NCBI GenBank assembly: GCA_963793425.1
Contig: CAWCAG010000009.1
Location: forward strand, 928,001 to 992,000
Source of the DNA: an uncultured cyanobacterium
GTDB lineage: Bacteria > Cyanobacteriota > Cyanobacteriia > Cyanobacteriales > CAWCAG01
DNA: 64,000 bases
Direction of reading: 5' to 3'
Shown here piece after piece: positions 58,704-64,000 of the stretch; the first letter of the stretch is position 1, and the number at the start of each line of letters is the position of its first letter. The notes below the pieces were generated by a model. The model was given only the letters and a program-made list of their open reading frames with translations, had not been told where the DNA came from and did no database searches. Position numbers and translations under genes: made by a program.

Positions 58704-61574
58704 TCAAAAATCTTCTAAAGAAACTTCCGTTAAATCTGGGGGAATCACAACACGATCTAAAGTTGCCTTACGACTTTCACATTGGGTTTCTGTATCAATA
58801 GCGATCGCGTGTAACCTTACTTCCATGCTACCTTCTGGTACTACTACTTGAGCCAGGGTTTCTAAGTCTCCTGTCCGAGTTGTACCAAAGTCTACTAAGG
58901 CGCGGGGACTTTCGATTATGTAGCGAGTTTGGCGGTCTTGTATCCACAATTTAACGTAAATTGGCCCTGTATAAGCAGGTAGTTTGATGCGAACGATGGC
59001 GGGTCGGTTGGCGGTTAACTCTTCGTCTAAAATAGTTAAGACTGGTGTCGGGACAGGGGCTTCGGAATTGAGGGAAGTTTCTTTTTGAGTTTGAGTTAAT
59101 TCAGCCGGATAGGGCAATCCTGAAGTATCTAGTTGGGGAGGAGTTTCAAAAAGGCTTTCATCGTCATCAACAACGATTTCATAACTGTTTAAGTCTGCGG
59201 CGACATTAGTGGGGGAGTAGCGAGGTGCTGGTTTTCTTTCCGGAGTTGGTTTAGGTTGAGAAATTTTTTGATTGGGGACTAGAGGCAGATTGTCCCTAGT
59301 TTCATTTACATTTATTGTCTCTGATGCAGATTCAGAAGGTTGATTTTTGATTGCTAAGGAATTTAATCTTGATAAGAAGCGGTCTTGAAATTTCAAGCTT
59401 TTGAAAGCATCGGTACTAGGATCTATTTCTTTTCCTTCTTCTTCTTCTTTTCCTTCTTCTCCTTCTTTAGTTTCAGGAACAGAATTTGCATCTAAATCCT
59501 CATCTTTTGGTATTTCCTCAATTCGTTTGATTGAGGAAATCTCTTCTTCATTTAAAGATGATTCGACATGAATTTCAGGACTTTCTAGCTTTGGACGTTG
59601 AGAGTTATTTGAACCATTAACAAAGTTCAAAAAGTCTAGATTGATGCTAGAAGTTTCTTGAGGAGAAAATAAGGAAGGGGGATAAGAATTATTTGTTACC
59701 TCTTCTTCCTCCATTCCTTCTTCAACTTGAGAAAAAGAAACTGCTGTTAATAATTCTGACAAGTCAGCAGCAATACTAAAAGATTGAATACTAATAATTT
59801 CGTAGCTTTCGTTGCGGTTGTGCCATTCCGGTTGTTGTTCTAAAATTACTTCCCCTAAAATTAAGTGACTATCACACTCTAGGGGAATATCTAACGGATA
59901 GCTGAAAGCTAAAGGAATACGTTGTTCTTTTAAGGGTTGTTGTACCTCAAAGAGAATTTCTGAAGTTTGGGGATTACGCAATCTGTAGCGCAATGCCCCA
60001 TTAAATAAATTTTGCCCCTCCTCAGATTGTTCTTTTACGGGAATATCTAAGCGCCCAGAAACTACGACAGATTCCCCTTGGCGACGCACAAAGGCTTCCC
60101 TATCTAAGGTTAAGGTTAATTTCTCTTCTTCTTTCTCTGTTAGTATTTCTGAGGTAAATATCTCTTGTTCTTCAATTTGAGGATAAAAGTCAAATTCTTC
60201 TGAAGGGTTTTCTAAGTCTTGTAGCAGAGGTTCGACTACCTCTTTTAGCATTTCCTCTAAATTTTGTACAGATTGATCTAAAAGTTGGTTGGTTGGAGTG
60301 GAGGTGATATCTGTTTGAGAAACTGTTTCCTCTTCTCCATCGTAGGCAGCTAATTCTTTACGTTCAGAAGCCGCTATTTCTTCGGGAGTAAGTTTGTAGA
60401 TAGTTTCTTCTTGGGGAACCTCTGTTGCTTCTGTGTCTTCTTGCAAATAGATTTCAAAAGGATCTTCAATCTCTTCTGCGATCGCCTGATTTTCCTGAAT
60501 AGATTCCTCGTTTTGCGTTTCTAAAGCCGCAATTTCTTCTAAGGAAACTTGGGAATTTGCAGAGGTTGTTTCTTGATCTTTAATTTCAGCGGAAATGTTT
60601 TCTGGGTTAGTTTGGTTGAGGTTACTCTGCGCCTCAAATTCTGCTTCTACAGAGTTATTTATTTGCGTGATTAAGTCAGTATCTAAGCTTTCTTGATCTG
60701 CTTGATTGAAATAACTTTCTGGATTAAAGTCTTCCGCTTCAGAATGAGTTGTTTGTGTTGTTAAATTTGTCTCTATGGTTTCTGCTTGAGGAGTGGCAAG
60801 AGAATAAGTTTCAGCCTCAATCTCAACCTCTTCTTCAATCGGGTTTGTATCAGTATCTAAGCTTTCTTGATCTGCTTGATTGAAATAACTTTCTGGATTA
60901 AAGTCTTCTGCTTCAGAATGAGTTGTTTGTGTTGTTAAATTTGTCTCTACGGTTTCTGCTTGAGGAGTGGCAAGAGAATAAGTTTCAGCCTCAATCTCAA
61001 CCTCTTCTTCAATCGGGTTTGTATCAATATCTAGGGTTTCTTGATCCGCTTGATTGAAATAACTTTCTGGATTAAAGTCTTCTGCTTCAGAATGAGTTGT
61101 TTGTGCTATTAAATTCGTATCTACAGTTTCTTGCTGGGAAGTTATAGTAGATTGATTTTCTCTCTCAACCTCTTCTTCAACGAAAGCAGTATCAAGAAGA
61201 CTTATATTTACTTCTTCCTCTACCTTCTGAGGCAAAATTTGAAATCTAACGCTTTCTTGCCACGACTCGCCAAAGAAATCAGAAACAATATCTCCTGAAC
61301 AGGATAACTCCCACAAACCTGGTTTCATGGTTGTGAAAGGAATAACCACCATTAAACCTTCTTCATTCGTTTGTCGCGATCGCTTCTGGGAACGACGCTT
61401 CGGTGGTACTTCATCCATTGATTTGTAAGTAACTCGCACTTCCACATGACAATTAACATAGGAAGAATGGGCAACTACTCGATATTTGCCTTCTTCTAGT
61501 TGCACTTTGGCATTTTTAATTGGAATCCAGCGGCGGTTACCTTCTTGTTGGAGGAGAAATTCCCAGTATTCCAT
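58704..61574 (-). CDS. Large acidic cyanobacterial hypothetical protein
   Basis: Conserved-looking N-terminus (WEFLLQQEG..GLMVVIPFT) and C-terminus (YVKLWIQDRQTR) around an acidic disordered middle. Confidence 0.8.
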   Translation of the reverse strand: MEYWEFLLQQEGNRRWIPIKNAKVQLEEGKYRVVAHSSYVNCHVEVRVTYKSMDEVPPKRRSQKRSRQTNEEGLMVVIPFTTMKPGLWELSCSGDIVSDFFGESWQESVRFQILPQKVEEEVNISLLDTAFVEEEVERENQSTITSQQETVDTNLIAQTTHSEAEDFNPESYFNQADQETLDIDTNPIEEEVEIEAETYSLATPQAETVETNLTTQTTHSEAEDFNPESYFNQADQESLDTDTNPIEEEVEIEAETYSLATPQAETIETNLTTQTTHSEAEDFNPESYFNQADQESLDTDLITQINNSVEAEFEAQSNLNQTNPENISAEIKDQETTSANSQVSLEEIAALETQNEESIQENQAIAEEIEDPFEIYLQEDTEATEVPQEETIYKLTPEEIAASERKELAAYDGEEETVSQTDITSTPTNQLLDQSVQNLEEMLKEVVEPLLQDLENPSEEFDFYPQIEEQEIFTSEILTEKEEEKLTLTLDREAFVRRQGESVVVSGRLDIPVKEQSEEGQNLFNGALRYRLRNPQTSEILFEVQQPLKEQRIPLAFSYPLDIPLECDSHLILGEVILEQQPEWHNRNESYEIISIQSFSIAADLSELLTAVSFSQVEEGMEEEEVTNNSYPPSLFSPQETSSINLDFLNFVNGSNNSQRPKLESPEIHVESSLNEEEISSIKRIEEIPKDEDLDANSVPETKEGEEGKEEEEGKEIDPSTDAFKSLKFQDRFLSRLNSLAIKNQPSESASETINVNETRDNLPLVPNQKISQPKPTPERKPAPRYSPTNVAADLNSYEIVVDDDESLFETPPQLDTSGLPYPAELTQTQKETSLNSEAPVPTPVLTILDEELTANRPAIVRIKLPAYTGPIYVKLWIQDRQTRYIIESPRALVDFGTTRTGDLETLAQVVVPEGSMEVRLHAIAIDTETQCESRKATLDRVVIPPDLTEVSLEDF
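60676..61130 (-). repeat. 174-bp tandem repeat (about 2.6 copies, 58 aa each)
   Basis: GGATTAAAGTC anchor at 60721, 60895 and 61069. Confidence 0.88.
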
Positions 61575-61740
61575 CTTTATTTCAGCGGTCAGTGGTCAAT
61601 GCAAAAGAGTTAGATACTCATCGCTTAAAAATAGCAATGAAACGCAAAAACTACAAGTTTGATCATTGCTAATGGCTAGTCGCTAGTGGCTAGCTGCTAA
61701 TGGCTAATTATTCTATCCCCCCATCTCCCTACTCCCCGAT

Positions 61741-62937
61741 TTAGTTCAATTTAAACTCGATTTCGCTTTTGGTAAAAGGTAAATCTTGGTTAATCGCTTC
61801 TATTTCTGCTTGTTCAGCTTCGTTAATTTCCTGAATATAGGAACTAAGAATTTTGCCCATACGCTTGTTGTAAAAGCGATGCAAGCTGTGGTTGGGGGTG
61901 GCGGGGAAACCTCTTCGTTTTTTGTGGCTGCCTCCTGCCCCAGGATCAAACATCTTGATGTTATTAGCGATCGCCCACTCAATGGGTTTATAGTAACAAG
62001 CTTCAAAATGGAGGCAATTATATTCTTCTAAACAGCCCCAGTAGCGCCCATAAAGCTGTTCCCCTTTTCTCAAGCAAAAAGACATACCCACAGGGTTGCT
62101 TTCTTCTGCTCCTTCTGGATAAGCGGCTACCAACAAGACGCGATCACGATAGTTAGGATCAAGTTGGCTAAAAAATTGCCGAGTTAGATACTTACTTCCC
62201 CAATAAAATTTGTTGCAGGTGCTGCTATAAAAGCGATAAATGAGGGGAAAAAGGGCTTCAGGTATTTCCTGCCCACTAAAGGTTTTTACCTCTAATCCTG
62301 CCTTAGCAACGGCTTTGCGTTCCCTTTTTATGTTACGCCGTTGATTGGTGTTGAACATTTTTAAGTAATCATCAAAGCTAGCAAAGCCCTGATTTTGCCA
62401 AATATAGCTGTGATGTCGCCAGGAATTGAAGCCCTGATTTTCCATAACAGTTTGCCATTGAGGATCAACAAAGAGAAAATTACAACCAGAAATATCATTA
62501 CGCCGACAAAAACGGTCGATTTCCTGTACCATCATCTCTGTTATTTCCTCCTCATCTATCCCTGGTGCGATTAAGAAGCGATAACCTTCTGCTGGGGTAA
62601 AAGGAACCATACCCAACATTTTGGGGTAATAGGGAGTCCCTAAACGGTGGGATAAATCAGCCCATTGTTGATCAAAAACAAATTCACCATAACTATGGCC
62701 CTTAAGATAAAGAGGTGCAGCCGCAACCAATTGATGATCTTGCCATACCGTTAAATGGCAGGGCTGCCAACCTGTTTTGGGGGTGGCGCTACCAGAAGTT
62801 TCTAGGTTATTCAGCCATTCCCACTCCAAAAAGGGAGTTTTCAGTGGTATAGCTAAAGCATCCCACTCAGTTTGGGGAATTTCAGCCATTTCTTGTATCC
62901 AAGTAACAGAGTAGCCAGGTTTAGCTTTTTGGAACAT
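61741..62937 (-). CDS. GNAT / FemAB-like (DUF482) protein
   Basis: LYLKGHSYGEFVFD, PFTP, LYGRYWG and LHFEACYY. Confidence 0.9.
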   Translation of the reverse strand: MFQKAKPGYSVTWIQEMAEIPQTEWDALAIPLKTPFLEWEWLNNLETSGSATPKTGWQPCHLTVWQDHQLVAAAPLYLKGHSYGEFVFDQQWADLSHRLGTPYYPKMLGMVPFTPAEGYRFLIAPGIDEEEITEMMVQEIDRFCRRNDISGCNFLFVDPQWQTVMENQGFNSWRHHSYIWQNQGFASFDDYLKMFNTNQRRNIKRERKAVAKAGLEVKTFSGQEIPEALFPLIYRFYSSTCNKFYWGSKYLTRQFFSQLDPNYRDRVLLVAAYPEGAEESNPVGMSFCLRKGEQLYGRYWGCLEEYNCLHFEACYYKPIEWAIANNIKMFDPGAGGSHKKRRGFPATPNHSLHRFYNKRMGKILSSYIQEINEAEQAEIEAINQDLPFTKSEIEFKLN

Positions 62938-63266
62938 TGAGTAATGGGGGAAAGTGAGATTAATAAGTTGGGGAAGTTACTTAAGTCAAGGCAAGGCTAC
63001 CCAAGGAGCCGAGCAACAGAAAAACCCAATTATCATTTTAGGGTAATGCAATCTTTGTGAACTTGGCAGGAAATTGTGAGGGGGAATATTTTCCGTAAGG
63101 TCTTGTTAACGAACTCAAATCCCTCTGCTTCATGTGTTATCTTAATTCAATATGTCAGATGGGTGATTTGTCATTGAGCTGCGTAAAGGCAAATTTTAAG
63201 TAGTTTCCTTTCAGTATTTTTCTTCTAGGAACGATTTAGCTTTAAACCTTGAGTACGGCTGGTACT

Positions 63267-64000
63267 ATGACTAAACTAGGTCAATCTTCCTTCCGCCGCA
63301 TTCTCCTCTCGCGCTTACTGTTAGTAAGTGTACCAATTTTATTAATTGGAGTTTATTTTACCTATCGCAAAGCTCGTTCGGCTATTCTTTATACAGCCCG
63401 CCAGAATATTACAGAAAGTGCGATCGCTAAAGGTAAAAGTATTGATAAGTCGGTTAATATTCTCCGGGCTGAATTAATAATTGCTTCTGGTAATGAAGTC
63501 TTGCAAAATGATTCTGGAGCGGATATACAGAATTTCATCAAACAGCTAGAGCGAGACTTATTTACTAACATTCAATGTATTCAAGTTATTGATGCTACAA
63601 AAAGAACAACTGCCGCAAGTACTTGTGGTCAAAAAGTTTTGGCAGATTTCACTAATCATGCTTGGGCAGGAAAAACCTCTTCACCGGTTTATATCAAGTC
63701 TGTGGTTAACTCTTCTCCCCCAGTTATTAACGAAAATCCGGACTTTTCCATTCGTATCAGCCAGCTAGAATTGTTATTTTGTGTACCGGTTTATAATAAT
63801 CAAAATCAATTAAAGCAAATTTTAGTAGTAAAGTCAGCCCTATTACAACAAGAGCAAGTTAAACCAGGACTATTAACAGGAAATCCTGGAGTTATTAATC
63901 AACAAGGAATTATTTTAGCCTATCCTTATCCTGAAGTGATCGGTCAAAACATCAATCAACAAAAAGATGCTCCGAATTGGAAAAAATTAGTTGCCAATGC
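63267..64000 (+). CDS. N-terminal part of a membrane sensor, probably a Cache-domain histidine kinase; runs off the window
   Basis: MTKLGQSSFRRILLSRLLLVSVP..TYRKARSA..TARQNITESA; frame open to the window end. Confidence 0.75.
   Translation, partial: MTKLGQSSFRRILLSRLLLVSVPILLIGVYFTYRKARSAILYTARQNITESAIAKGKSIDKSVNILRAELIIASGNEVLQNDSGADIQNFIKQLERDLFTNIQCIQVIDATKRTTAASTCGQKVLADFTNHAWAGKTSSPVYIKSVVNSSPPVINENPDFSIRISQLELLFCVPVYNNQNQLKQILVVKSALLQQEQVKPGLLTGNPGVINQQGIILAYPYPEVIGQNINQQKDAPNWKKLVAN

Noticed and set aside
1241..63571. Many 60-140-aa ORFs nested in or antisense to long genes (e.g. 4385-4690, 47816-48145, 48185-48607, 51466-51666, 63389-63571)
   Set aside because: Shadow frames of well-supported genes with no motifs of their own.
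1..64000. CRISPR array or cas genes
   Set aside because: No repeat-spacer arrays seen; the repeats are heptamer STRRs, REP-like hairpins or intragenic duplications.

Overview
This is a 64-kb chromosomal window from a cyanobacterium, judged from dozens of HIP1 GCGATCGC octamers, ndhB, a flavodiiron gene, and heptamer STRR and REP-like repeats. The backbone is mostly housekeeping and signalling genes: tandem-domain queD, a J-domain protein, ndhB, topA, a kinase-AAA-GAF-cyclase, ruvC, yvcK, tRNA-Thr(UGU), mutL, flv, hybrid kinases, fni, sppA, glyA, an aminotransferase, an ABC transporter and Uma2. The accessory highlights are: (i) an AT-rich islet at ~21.2-24.0 kb with an intact AbiA-like reverse transcriptase-HEPN gene, preceded by a ~200-nt leader with two interleaved inverted repeats and by a decapitated PIN toxin-antitoxin pair; (ii) a complete IS605-family element (tnpA+tnpB) with IS608-type ends, plus a separate ~300-bp tnpB-derived mini-element that keeps the omega-RNA end; (iii) tandem Crp/Fnr regulators with three related palindromic boxes, followed by two small zinc-ribbon genes; (iv) a Bsr-like racemase next to a TIGR03032 gene; (v) an orphan PD-(D/E)XK nuclease; (vi) a 99-bp in-frame insertion in a methyltransferase; (vii) a doubly deleted IS630 that truncates a paralogue of a secreted repeat protein. 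Three single-base frameshifts in conserved genes look like assembly errors. All family calls come from recognising motifs by eye; no searches were run.
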